From: Calditrichota bacterium
Lineage (GTDB): Bacteria; Calditrichota; Calditrichia; RBG-13-44-9; J042
Assembly: GCA_003696445.1 (NCBI GenBank)
Contig: RFHE01000038.1
Span: forward strand, 1-49,533
Length of the DNA stretch: 49,533 nucleotides
Reading direction: 5' to 3'
Shown: one piece after another, positions 1-10,412 of the stretch
Numbering within the stretch: the stretch's first letter is position 1
Layout: every line of letters starts with the position of its first letter
Program-made: the position numbers and the translations under genes
The notes under the pieces: generated by a model
Database searches by the model: none
What the model saw: the letters and a program-made list of their open reading frames with translations, nothing else
What the model was told of the DNA's origin: nothing

Positions 1-1
1 A

Positions 2-1600
2 GGCGCCTGGCTGGTGGTTCGCTTTCCGGCAGGTCGGCGAGTGGTGTACCCAAAAGAGGGATACGCCTACCACCCTGGAGAGTCCCTGGGTGAGGGTATA
101 GTGGTGGGGCAGGTTTCCGGTTCCCGCTGGCGGGATCCCCGGGCCCTGCCTGGACGCACCTACCGGTACCTGCTGGTGCCTGTGGACTGGGCTTCTGGCC
201 AGCCTCATTACAAATTGGATCGGTCCCGGATGGTGAGTGTGCACACCCCGGAATTGTTCCCCGGTGTGGTGGGGCAACCGCTTCTGGATAGCCTGGTGGC
301 CCACTTCAAACCGGCGCATGTGCTGCCTTATAGCCAGGCCCGGGATACGCTGTTTGCCCGAATCTACCTGGAGAACGATAGCCTGCGCGGGGTGTACTCC
401 GGCTACACCATCTGGCTGGACCCCAACCAGGATCCCACGACCTTTGCCTTTCAGCACCATATTAACACGGAACACACCTGGCCGCAGAGCAAAGGGGCTG
501 GTTCGGGGAATCCGCGCAGCGACATGCACCATCTTTTCCCCGTGCGGGACAATGTGAATTCGGCACGGGGCAACCTGCCTTTTGCCGAAATCGACGACGC
601 CGAAACCGACCGCTGGTATCGCCGATCCCAGGTGTTACAAAGCATACCGAGTCAATTTATCGATGAGTACAGCGAGAAGGATAACGATCAACCCCGATTT
701 GAGCCACGCGAGGACCACAAGGGGAATGCCGCTCGGGCCATGTTCTATTTTTACACCATGTATCGGGCCGAAGCCGATGCCGCCGACCCCACCTTTTTCC
801 CACTGCAGAAAGCGGTTCTTCGCCGGTGGCACAGCCTGGATCCGGTGGATTCGCTGGAACTGGTGCGCACATTTAAAATCGCCACTTACCAGGACGGCAA
901 GCCCAACCCCTTTGTGGTAGATACCACGCTGGTTCGCCGGGCTTATTTCCCCGAGCTGTATGGCTCCTCGGTGGCCTTGCTGTCTTTTTCGGGCGTTTAC
1001 GTTGGACCGGAAATTCAACTGGACTGGGAAACGGCCAGTGAGAAGCGCGTGGAGGGCTTCCGGGTCTTTCGCCGCCGGGAGGACAGTGGGCGATTTGTCT
1101 TGCTGGCCGACTATCTCTCTGACCCGGCCCTGCTGGCCATGGGAGGTCCCCAGCAGGGGGCTCACTACACCCTGGTGGACAGCACGCCGGTCGCCAACCA
1201 TGCCTACGTCTATCGGCTTGTCGCCCAGGGGTTGGACGGAGACAGTCTGTTTCTGGGTGACCTTAGTGTAGTGGCCGGCCAGCCTACCGGCATTGAATCG
1301 GCCTCCAGCCCGGAACCGGCCCGGTTTCAGTTAGCGCCAGCCTACCCCAATCCGTTCAATGGCCAGCTGGTTGTGCCGGTGGAGGTGGAAACATCCGGCG
1401 CTGCCGTGGCCTTAACCGTACTAGATGTGTTGGGGCGGCGGGTCCGCCACCTGTTTTCTGGACGGCTTTCCCCCGGGCGGCATCTCTTTCGCTGGAACGC
1501 TGCGGACGGAAACGGCCGGGCGGTTCCCAGCGGCATCTACTTCATCCGCCTGCAAAGCGGGCCTCGGGTTCAGGTGCGAAAGGTGATCCTGATTCGCTGA
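2..1600 (+). CDS. Secreted endonuclease I family nuclease with T9SS C-terminal sorting domain (5' end cut by window edge)
   Basis: The frame is open back to position 2. Endonuclease I motifs are present: NTEHTWPQSKG, RSDMHHLFPVRDNVNSARGN, KGNAARAMFYFYTMY. The C-terminal tail YPNPFNGQ...SGIYFIRL...KVILIR is typical of type IX secretion CTDs. Confidence 0.8.
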   Translation, partial: GAWLVVRFPAGRRVVYPKEGYAYHPGESLGEGIVVGQVSGSRWRDPRALPGRTYRYLLVPVDWASGQPHYKLDRSRMVSVHTPELFPGVVGQPLLDSLVAHFKPAHVLPYSQARDTLFARIYLENDSLRGVYSGYTIWLDPNQDPTTFAFQHHINTEHTWPQSKGAGSGNPRSDMHHLFPVRDNVNSARGNLPFAEIDDAETDRWYRRSQVLQSIPSQFIDEYSEKDNDQPRFEPREDHKGNAARAMFYFYTMYRAEADAADPTFFPLQKAVLRRWHSLDPVDSLELVRTFKIATYQDGKPNPFVVDTTLVRRAYFPELYGSSVALLSFSGVYVGPEIQLDWETASEKRVEGFRVFRRREDSGRFVLLADYLSDPALLAMGGPQQGAHYTLVDSTPVANHAYVYRLVAQGLDGDSLFLGDLSVVAGQPTGIESASSPEPARFQLAPAYPNPFNGQLVVPVEVETSGAAVALTVLDVLGRRVRHLFSGRLSPGRHLFRWNAADGNGRAVPSGIYFIRLQSGPRVQVRKVILIR

Positions 1601-1747
1601 AAAAACCGCCCTCTGAAATCACGGGGTTTCATCCTGGCGAAAACCAGGGGAGGGGACTCGCTTTCAACTGAAGCCCGTAATCGATTTTTTACGCATTCCC
1701 GGCTGTTTAAATTGCCCCCGTTCCACAAAATCCATTGGACACCGTCA

Positions 1748-2740
1748 ATGAAATTTCAGTGGTTGCTCCTGCTGGTGTGTCTGCTCTCAATTCTGGGATT
1801 GCGTGAAGGGCCGTGGGTGCCTGCACGGGCGGAAAAGTTACACACAGGTCGCTCTCCAGGTTATGAAGGGGTGGGGCAAAAGGAGGCTCTTCCCGCCCTG
1901 GAGCTGGTTGAAGCGATCCCCCTGCATCAGTTGCTGCCCGAGGTGGATCCCTCGCTTGCGCTCGAGGCCAGCGGTGTGGTGTGGACCGGCGGGGCGCTGG
2001 TGGTCGCCTTCGACAATTTGAAGTCCGTGGCCCTGTTGCATCCGCCCTGGGCGGTGCCTGCACCGGCCAATCGGCTGACCGGCCCGGCAAAGGAGAGAAA
2101 ATCCGATTTCGAAGGCCTGGCTTACGACAGCGTGCTGCAGGTGTTTTATCTGGTTCGGGAAAGCAAGGCGCGCAAAAAAGGCCATTATGCCCGCATCCAC
2201 GAATGGGATGGCGCCTTTGAAGAAGTCGGTAAGGACTGGGTTCGGCTGCCCTTCCGGGGAGGGAACAAAGGCTACGAAGGACTGGCCTTTGTTCGCCGCC
2301 AGGGGAAGGAATGGCTGCTGGCCCTGCGGGAGACGGCACAGGGTGGACCGGTGGACAGCACGGGCGGCCCGGGGGTGATTGACGTGCTTACCCGCAGGGC
2401 CGATGAGTGGGAAGTCCACAGCAGCTTCCAGCTGCCAGGGTCGGTGCGTTTTCTGGATTACGCCGGCCTGGATGTGCAGGCGGGGCGAATGGCGGTGCTC
2501 TCCCAGGCCTCGGCAAGAGTCTGGCTGGGCAGGCTGCATCCGCAGCGCTGGGCGGTGGCCGATTCGGGGGCGGTTTACACCCTGCCAACCGGTCTGGATG
2601 GCCGAACCCGCATCTGCCGGGCGGAAGGAATCTGCTGGTTAAATCGCAGCACCCTGGCGGTGGTCACCGATCGAAATAAACGGGATCCCGATCCCTGCAG
2701 GGCCCTCCACCAGCATCTGATCATTCTGAAACTCCCCTAA
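1748..2740 (+). CDS. Hypothetical secreted protein, possibly beta-propeller-like (repeated aromatic-EG-L/I motifs)
   Basis: The ATG at 1748 gives the signal-peptide-like N-terminus MKFQWLLLLVCLLSILG. FEGLAY, YEGLAF and AEGICW motifs recur, as in SdiA-regulated/phytase-like propellers. I recognise no catalytic motif. Confidence 0.55.
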   Translation: MKFQWLLLLVCLLSILGLREGPWVPARAEKLHTGRSPGYEGVGQKEALPALELVEAIPLHQLLPEVDPSLALEASGVVWTGGALVVAFDNLKSVALLHPPWAVPAPANRLTGPAKERKSDFEGLAYDSVLQVFYLVRESKARKKGHYARIHEWDGAFEEVGKDWVRLPFRGGNKGYEGLAFVRRQGKEWLLALRETAQGGPVDSTGGPGVIDVLTRRADEWEVHSSFQLPGSVRFLDYAGLDVQAGRMAVLSQASARVWLGRLHPQRWAVADSGAVYTLPTGLDGRTRICRAEGICWLNRSTLAVVTDRNKRDPDPCRALHQHLIILKLP

Positions 2741-2766
2741 GCACAGGCCGATTTCACCCCTGGAGG

Positions 2767-3240
2767 TTAACGGGAGGTCTGTTTGTGCTGAATGGCGATG
2801 TGCGGGCGGATGCGCTCCAGCGTTTTGGGGCCGATGCCCTTCACCTTCAGCAAATCTTCCGGAGTGCGGAACGGGCCGTGCTGTTCCCGGTAGGAGACAA
2901 TGCGCTGGGCGATGGCCGGACCGATGCGGGGTAGGCGGGTGAGGGTGGCTGCATCGGCCGTATTGACGTCGATGGGGAGCGGTGCGTTTTCCCAGGTGGC
3001 CTGCCGCGAGGCTGCCTGCAGAGTTGCAGACTGACCCGTCGCCTCAGCCGGCGAGGGCGGTTGACCTGACGCGTCAGTTCGCCGGAGAGAGTCGCTGGTG
3101 TGTCGGAAAAGCGAGTCGGTGCGCGAGAAATCGAAACTGTCCGGGGTGAAGAACAACTGCTTCACAATCTGATAGCCCAGCACCGCCGCCCAGATGAGCA
3201 GCAGGGTGATCAGTGCCCGACGTTGAGATTCGGTCAGCAC
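2767..3240 (-). CDS. comEA: ComEA family helix-hairpin-helix DNA-binding protein
   Basis: N-terminal TM segment (LITLLLIWAAVLGY). C-terminal IDVNTADAATLTRLPRIGPAIAQRIVSYREQHGPF...LLKVKGIGPKTLERI tandem HhH signature. Confidence 0.8.
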   Translation of the reverse strand: MLTESQRRALITLLLIWAAVLGYQIVKQLFFTPDSFDFSRTDSLFRHTSDSLRRTDASGQPPSPAEATGQSATLQAASRQATWENAPLPIDVNTADAATLTRLPRIGPAIAQRIVSYREQHGPFRTPEDLLKVKGIGPKTLERIRPHIAIQHKQTSR

Positions 3241-3393
3241 CGGGTGCCTCCCTCAACAAATGTCCTCCCAACCGCTCCGGACTTGCCGGCCGGGTAATTC
3301 TTCCATCAGGTAAAACCAGCTTCAGATTTTGTCCTCGGCCGGCTTACCAGTTAGCCCAATCCGGTAAACCTTTCCCCGGGGTCGGTTGCAGAT

Positions 3394-5224
<1,831 letters not shown>

Positions 5225-5246
5225 CCCTCCTCGGCACTCAATTGAA

Positions 5247-6296
5247 TCAATTTTTTTCGAAAAGCTGCGAAATAGTACGGGCGGTAAAATCCACCAGGGT
5301 CACCATTTTTCCGTAATTCATTCGGGTTGGTCCAATGATGCCCAGGGTGCCGGTTACATCACCCAACCGGTATTTAGCGGTGATGATGGAGCAATCCTTC
5401 AACCGTTCGTCCTCGATTTCGTCCCCGATTTTAATTTTGAGGGTTTGCCCCTCTGCCTCAGTCGGTTCATCCAGGAGCTGAATAATGATGTTGCGGTTTT
5501 CCAGCAGTTCGGCGACCGAGGAAAAGCGCTGCAGGTCGGAGAACTCCGGTTGTTGAACGATGAAATGGGTCCCCATGTAATAGACATCCAGGTCGTCTTC
5601 GAAGTCGAACATGCGGTCGGCGGCCTGGACAAAGAGCTGGATAAGCCCGCTCTCGTCGTTTTTCAGGTCGCGCACAATGGAGAAAAAGTTTTTGCGGATC
5701 TCATCCAGTCGCATGCCGTAGAGCCGTTCGTTGAGAACCTGACTGACCATTTCCAGCTTTTCTCTGGGAATCTGCGAAGTCAGTTCCAGTTGAATGGTTT
5801 TCACCAGACCCGTTTCGATGGTAATGATGACCAGAATGCGCTCTGCTGACAGGCTAATCAATTCCATACGCTGGAAATGGCCCTGTTTGAGTCGAGGAGA
5901 GACCACCACACCCAGCAAATGGGACAGATGGGCCAGAATGCGGGTGGCCTCCCGCATGACTTCACTGAATTCGTAGATGGTTTCTTGTACGGATTGGCGG
6001 ATGCGCTCTTTTTCCTCAGCGGTCAGGCGCGCGCGCTTCATGAGCGAATCCACATAAACCCGATAGGCCGGGGTAAGCGGTACGCGCCCTGCCGAGGTGT
6101 GGGGCTGATAAATGTAGCCCTTGGCTTCCAGGGAAGCCATGATGTTTCGAATGGTGGCCGGGCTCAATCCAAGTTTCATCCTATTTGCAATTAGCGTAGA
6201 GCTGACCGGTGTGGCCGATTCAATAAAATTCTGTACAATGGCACCAAGAATCAGCTTCTCGCGCGGCGTCAAATTCATCATGGTCTTCATTCCCAT
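5247..6296 (-). CDS. hrcA: Heat-inducible transcription repressor HrcA
   Basis: N-terminal winged-helix region (LTPREKLILGAIVQNFIESATPVSS...LSPATIRN), ~349 aa, first gene of the hrcA-grpE-dnaJ string. Confidence 0.9.
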   Translation of the reverse strand: MGMKTMMNLTPREKLILGAIVQNFIESATPVSSTLIANRMKLGLSPATIRNIMASLEAKGYIYQPHTSAGRVPLTPAYRVYVDSLMKRARLTAEEKERIRQSVQETIYEFSEVMREATRILAHLSHLLGVVVSPRLKQGHFQRMELISLSAERILVIITIETGLVKTIQLELTSQIPREKLEMVSQVLNERLYGMRLDEIRKNFFSIVRDLKNDESGLIQLFVQAADRMFDFEDDLDVYYMGTHFIVQQPEFSDLQRFSSVAELLENRNIIIQLLDEPTEAEGQTLKIKIGDEIEDERLKDCSIITAKYRLGDVTGTLGIIGPTRMNYGKMVTLVDFTARTISQLFEKN

Positions 6297-6565
6297 CTTA
6301 ATGTTTTAAAATAGGTTGAAGCGGTTGTTAAGTCAAGGTCATAATAGGCTTAGCCTGTCCGAAAAGTGTTACTTAACGGCGCGCCCACAGTTCCTGAGCG
6401 GGAATATTCCTGGCGCGCAAAAAGGCCGGGCTGGCCGGGAACGGACCCAGGATTTCCTTTTTTATCTTTCAGAAGTGACCGCTAAGCTGTAAAATTTTTC
6501 CCGACCACCGGCGGGGCAAAGGTTCTGGTGCAAGGTCAGCGACAAACCAAACCAGCAAGGAGCGT

Positions 6566-8032
6566 ATGGAGATGAGTGGATCGGAACAGTTTTCTTCGCG
6601 CATTGCCCTTTTGCTCTCTACCATGGGGATGGCCATTGGGGCTGGGAATATCTGGCGGTTTCCTCGTTTAGCCGGCCAATACGGGGGAGCTTTTCTGCTC
6701 CCCTGGCTGCTGTTTTTGTTTTTGTGGTCCATTCCCTTGATTATGGTGGAATTTGCCATGGGTAAACAGAGCCGCCGGGGTCCGATCGGGGCTTTCGCCC
6801 ATTTTCTGGGGGAACGGTTTGCCTGGATGGGAGGATTTGTGGCCCTGTGTACCATGTTCATCATGTTCTACTATTCGGTGGTAACCGGCTGGGCACTGAA
6901 ATATTTTACCGCCTCGCTGACGGGCAGTCTGCTCCATGCCGATCATCAAGCCTTCTGGGAGCGTTTTACCGGTAGCGGTTTGGAGCCGGTGGTATTTCAT
7001 CTGCTGGCGTTGAGCGCCGGCGCGCTGGTGATTTCCCGCGGGGTGGTTATGGGCATCGAGCGGGCCAACAAGATTTTGCTGCCCTCTCTGTTTGTGCTGC
7101 TCATTATCGGCTGCATTCGAGCAGTGACGTTGCCTGGAGCGGAGGTGGGGTTGCGCTACTACCTGACCGTGGAGCCGGATCAGTTGCTCAATTACAAGGT
7201 ATGGCTGGAGGCCCTTTCCCAATCGGCCTGGTCCACCGGCGCCGGATGGGGCCTTGTGCTGACCTACGCAGTTTACATCCGGGAAAGGGAAGATATTACC
7301 CTGAATTCGGTTTTCACCGGGGTGGGGAACAATGTGGCCTCGCTGTTTGCCGGTCTGGCCATAATTCCCACCGTTTTTGCCCTCAGCGGGAGCTTGGAGG
7401 AGGCGCACAAAGCGCTGTCCGCTGGGAATCAGGGGTTGAGCTTCATTGTGATTCCGCAGTTGTTCAGCCAGTTGCCCGGGGCGCAGTTATTTATGGCCAT
7501 TTTCTTCATGGCGCTGTTTTTTGCCGCCCTCAGTTCGCTAATTTCCATGCTCGAATTGGCCACCCGACTGTTCATGGATTTTGGTTTCGCGCGCAAAAAG
7601 GCGCTCACAATTGTATATCTGATTACCCTGTTAATGGGGATTCCTTCGGCGGTGTCGATGAATGTGTTCAACAATCAGGATTGGGTATGGGGCTTGGGGT
7701 TAATCGTTAGCGGGTCGTTTTTTACTTTTGCCGTACTCAAATATGGGGTGGAACGGTTTCGCCGCACTTTTCTGGATGTGCGCTACAACGACCTACGGGT
7801 AGGGCCGTGGTTCAATGGGCTGATGAGAGGGCTTATTCCTGCCGAGGCGCTGATTATGCTGGGCTGGTGGTTTTACCAGTCGATTCAGTGGGATCCCCAG
7901 CACTGGTGGGACCCGCTCTCTCCGTTCAGCCTGGTGACCTGCCTTGTACAGTGGGGTGTGCTGGTGGCTTGCCTCCTTGTCCTGAATCACCGGCTGGCAG
8001 CCTGGCTGGTCCCCATTCCAACCGACAGGTAG
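6566..8032 (+). CDS. Sodium-dependent transporter, neurotransmitter:sodium symporter (NSS/SNF) family
   Basis: GAGNIWRFP signature near the N-terminus, about 11-12 hydrophobic segments, SD caaGGAGcgt upstream of the ATG. Confidence 0.9.
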   Translation: MEMSGSEQFSSRIALLLSTMGMAIGAGNIWRFPRLAGQYGGAFLLPWLLFLFLWSIPLIMVEFAMGKQSRRGPIGAFAHFLGERFAWMGGFVALCTMFIMFYYSVVTGWALKYFTASLTGSLLHADHQAFWERFTGSGLEPVVFHLLALSAGALVISRGVVMGIERANKILLPSLFVLLIIGCIRAVTLPGAEVGLRYYLTVEPDQLLNYKVWLEALSQSAWSTGAGWGLVLTYAVYIREREDITLNSVFTGVGNNVASLFAGLAIIPTVFALSGSLEEAHKALSAGNQGLSFIVIPQLFSQLPGAQLFMAIFFMALFFAALSSLISMLELATRLFMDFGFARKKALTIVYLITLLMGIPSAVSMNVFNNQDWVWGLGLIVSGSFFTFAVLKYGVERFRRTFLDVRYNDLRVGPWFNGLMRGLIPAEALIMLGWWFYQSIQWDPQHWWDPLSPFSLVTCLVQWGVLVACLLVLNHRLAAWLVPIPTDR

Positions 8033-8122
8033 GGAAAGCGGCAGGCAGACCTTAAATTAGATGAAAAAGAGAGCTGGGCTGGCTGCAAGGGCAGTTTAAA
8101 TAACGGTACATTGCTTCTAAAC

Positions 8123-9133
8123 ATGAAAAAGGTAAGCAATTTTAAACAAGTGATTGCGGAGATCAACCAGGGGAAGGTTGCCCGCAGCTATTTTCTATAT
8201 GGGAGGGAAGTGGAGCTTCAGGATCAGCTGATCGAGGAAATCAGCTCCGCGTTTCTAAATCGGATTGAGCGGGAGGTGAACTATTTTGTGCGTTATGCCA
8301 GTGAAACACCGGTGGAAACGTTGAGCCAGTTGATGCAAAGCGGTGGTTTATTTTCCGAACGCAAAGTAATTGTGTACCGGGATTACGATCAGGCCCGGAA
8401 TCCACGGTTAAATTATTTGACCCATTTTTTGGAAAGCCTGCATCCGGACCTGGTGTTCATTGTGACCAGTCGCGACGAGCAGGTGAAAGGAAAGAAGTTT
8501 AAACCTCTGTTGGAGTACAGCCTGGTGGTTCATTTGCGGCCGCTGGGGGCGGAGGAGCTGGCAGCGTTTGTTCACAGTGAGCTGGCGCGCCAGGGCAAGC
8601 GTCTCGCGCCGGGTGCACTGGAGCTGCTAATCGAACATACCGGTAATTATTTGAACCATGTGAAGGGGGCACTGGATCAACTGTGCAACGCTTTTCCCGA
8701 CCGGGAAGAAATTGGCCGGGCAGAAATTGAACAGGTGGTGGGCGATTACGCGCTCCACACGGTATTTGAGTACACCGAGCGGGTGCTTAGCGGCCAGCGG
8801 GCGCAAGCCCATGTGCTCTTACATCAACTCCTGGAGAAAGGGGAAAATCCCCAGGGGATCATGTACTGGTTGCTTCGGCATTTAAGCACGCTGTGGAAAA
8901 TCCGTGGGTTTTTGCATAGCGGGGAGCGGCGGGATGCGGTCATTCAGCGGGAGCTGGGACTGTACCCCAGGCAGTACCAGCGATACAAGAAACAGGCCCT
9001 GCAATGGAAGAGTGCAGCCCTGCGCCAGGCGATTCTGATTTTGAAAAACACTGATATGGCTTTCAAAACCAGTCAGGCCCCCCCGGACATTTTGCTTGAC
9101 TTAATTACATCGAAATTGGTAAATTTACAATAA
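8123..9133 (+). CDS. holA: DNA polymerase III delta subunit
   Basis: ~337 aa with an N-terminal YFLYGRE..L motif and an overall delta-subunit-like helical C-terminal half. I prefer the ATG at 8123 to the TTG at 8111. Confidence 0.7.
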   Translation: MKKVSNFKQVIAEINQGKVARSYFLYGREVELQDQLIEEISSAFLNRIEREVNYFVRYASETPVETLSQLMQSGGLFSERKVIVYRDYDQARNPRLNYLTHFLESLHPDLVFIVTSRDEQVKGKKFKPLLEYSLVVHLRPLGAEELAAFVHSELARQGKRLAPGALELLIEHTGNYLNHVKGALDQLCNAFPDREEIGRAEIEQVVGDYALHTVFEYTERVLSGQRAQAHVLLHQLLEKGENPQGIMYWLLRHLSTLWKIRGFLHSGERRDAVIQRELGLYPRQYQRYKKQALQWKSAALRQAILILKNTDMAFKTSQAPPDILLDLITSKLVNLQ

Positions 9134-9144
9134 CCAAATATTTG

Positions 9145-9169
9145 GGAACTTCGACTTTCGGACTGGGTT
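9145..9169 (+). promoter_or_regulatory. Candidate ECF-type autoregulatory promoter (GGAAC-N17-GTT)
   Basis: GGGAACTT with GGAAC at 9145-9149, a 17-nt spacer, then GTT at 9167-9169. This lies 19-43 nt upstream of the ECF sigma ATG at 9188 and matches the SigH/SigE/SigR-type GGAAC-N16-18-GTT consensus. Confidence 0.45.
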
Positions 9170-9187
9170 AAACAATTCGATCCAAAG

Positions 9188-9811
9188 ATGACCAGGAAAA
9201 GAAATTTAAAACGAGATAAAGTTACCGATGAGCAGCTTATTGCCCGGTTCCAGCAGGGCGACCTTCAGGCCTTCGATATTCTGGTGCGCCGATACAAAGA
9301 TCAGCTGCTCAATTACGTGTATCGATTCGTAGGCAATCGCAGCGATGCGGAAGACATTGTTCAGGAAACATTCCTGCGGGTGTACAAAAACAAGCACTAC
9401 TACAAGGAGATTGCTAAGTTTTCCACCTGGATTTACACTATTGCCGGAAACTTGGCCAAAACAGAACTCCGGCGTCGCAAGCGGCGTAAGATTTTCTCGG
9501 TCAGCAATTTTGTCAACGAAGAAAAGGATTTCGATATTCCCGATGTAGAGCGTAGCCCCGAGCAGCAGGTGGACGGCAGCATTAAAGACGACATCATTCA
9601 AAAGGCCATTGAAAAATTGCCCCCGAAATTTAAGGAGGTTATTTTGCTACGGGATGTCCAGGGATTTTCCTATGAGGAGATCAGTCAGATTTTGGGAATT
9701 CCTCTGGGAACAGTTAAGTCGCGGGTCAATCGGGGGCGCTTGAAGCTGCAAGAGGACCTGAAATTTTTGCTAGAAACCGAGGCAAAACCGAGTGAAGAAA
9801 CCAAAGCGTGA
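9188..9811 (+). CDS. ECF (group 4) RNA polymerase sigma-70 family factor
   Basis: Region 2 (DAEDIVQETFLRVYKN, FSTWIYTIAGN) and region 4 (LRDVQGFSYEEISQILGIPLGTVKSRVNRGR), 207 aa. Confidence 0.9.
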   Translation: MTRKRNLKRDKVTDEQLIARFQQGDLQAFDILVRRYKDQLLNYVYRFVGNRSDAEDIVQETFLRVYKNKHYYKEIAKFSTWIYTIAGNLAKTELRRRKRRKIFSVSNFVNEEKDFDIPDVERSPEQQVDGSIKDDIIQKAIEKLPPKFKEVILLRDVQGFSYEEISQILGIPLGTVKSRVNRGRLKLQEDLKFLLETEAKPSEETKA

Positions 9812-9820
9812 GGATGGCCT

Positions 9821-10375
9821 ATGCAGGAATGTGATCGGATAAGAGCGTTTATTTCCAGTTACCTGGAGGGTGATTTATCGCACGAGGTACACAAGGAGGT
9901 GGAAGCGCACCTGAACACCTGTAACAAATGCAATGCCGTGTACCTGCGCACACGCCTGCTGTGTGTTCAATTAAGAAAATTGCCCCAGGTAAAAACATCG
10001 CCCAATTTTGAAACCCGCCTGCATCAACAAATTTCGGTTTTGTCTTCTAAAACTCCTACAAATTCCTGGCTTCCGCTTCAGGGATGGAAGATGCCGTTGA
10101 TGGCTTCGGCGGCGGTGCTGGGTTCCATTGCTCTGATTATATTGTTTTCTCAGAATTCCCCTCCTGCCAGCAAGGGGGGCTACATCGAACAATCGGGAAT
10201 TGGGACGATGAGCAAGCCGGTGCCTGCGGCGGCGGCTGGGCCAGCAAGCCTGCCGAAAACGGCGACGTTGAAATCGGGAGTCAGTCCTACGGAAACGGCG
10301 GCCGCGGTTGAGGATAGCCTGAATCCAGAGCAAGAATCCCGACAGCAGCGTTTGCAACTGGTTGGCGATAACTGA
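9821..10375 (+). CDS. Membrane-anchored zinc-binding (ZAS-type) anti-sigma factor
   Basis: C4-x25-H30-x3-C34-x2-C37 (zf-HC2/ZAS spacing), one TM helix (AAVLGSIALIILF), low-complexity P/A/S-rich C-terminal tail. Starts 10 nt after the sigma gene. Confidence 0.75.
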   Translation: MQECDRIRAFISSYLEGDLSHEVHKEVEAHLNTCNKCNAVYLRTRLLCVQLRKLPQVKTSPNFETRLHQQISVLSSKTPTNSWLPLQGWKMPLMASAAVLGSIALIILFSQNSPPASKGGYIEQSGIGTMSKPVPAAAAGPASLPKTATLKSGVSPTETAAAVEDSLNPEQESRQQRLQLVGDN

Positions 10376-10412
10376 TAGCTTCTCTTGATCCAGGCGGTTT
10401 TCTAATTTTTGT

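Noticed and set aside
6350-6376. Possible CIRCE operator (TTAGCCTGT-N9-GTTACTTAA) upstream of hrcA
   Set aside because: Only the outermost bases match TTAGCACTC-N9-GAGTGCTAA. The two halves are not complementary to each other, and alternative registers break the 9-nt spacing.
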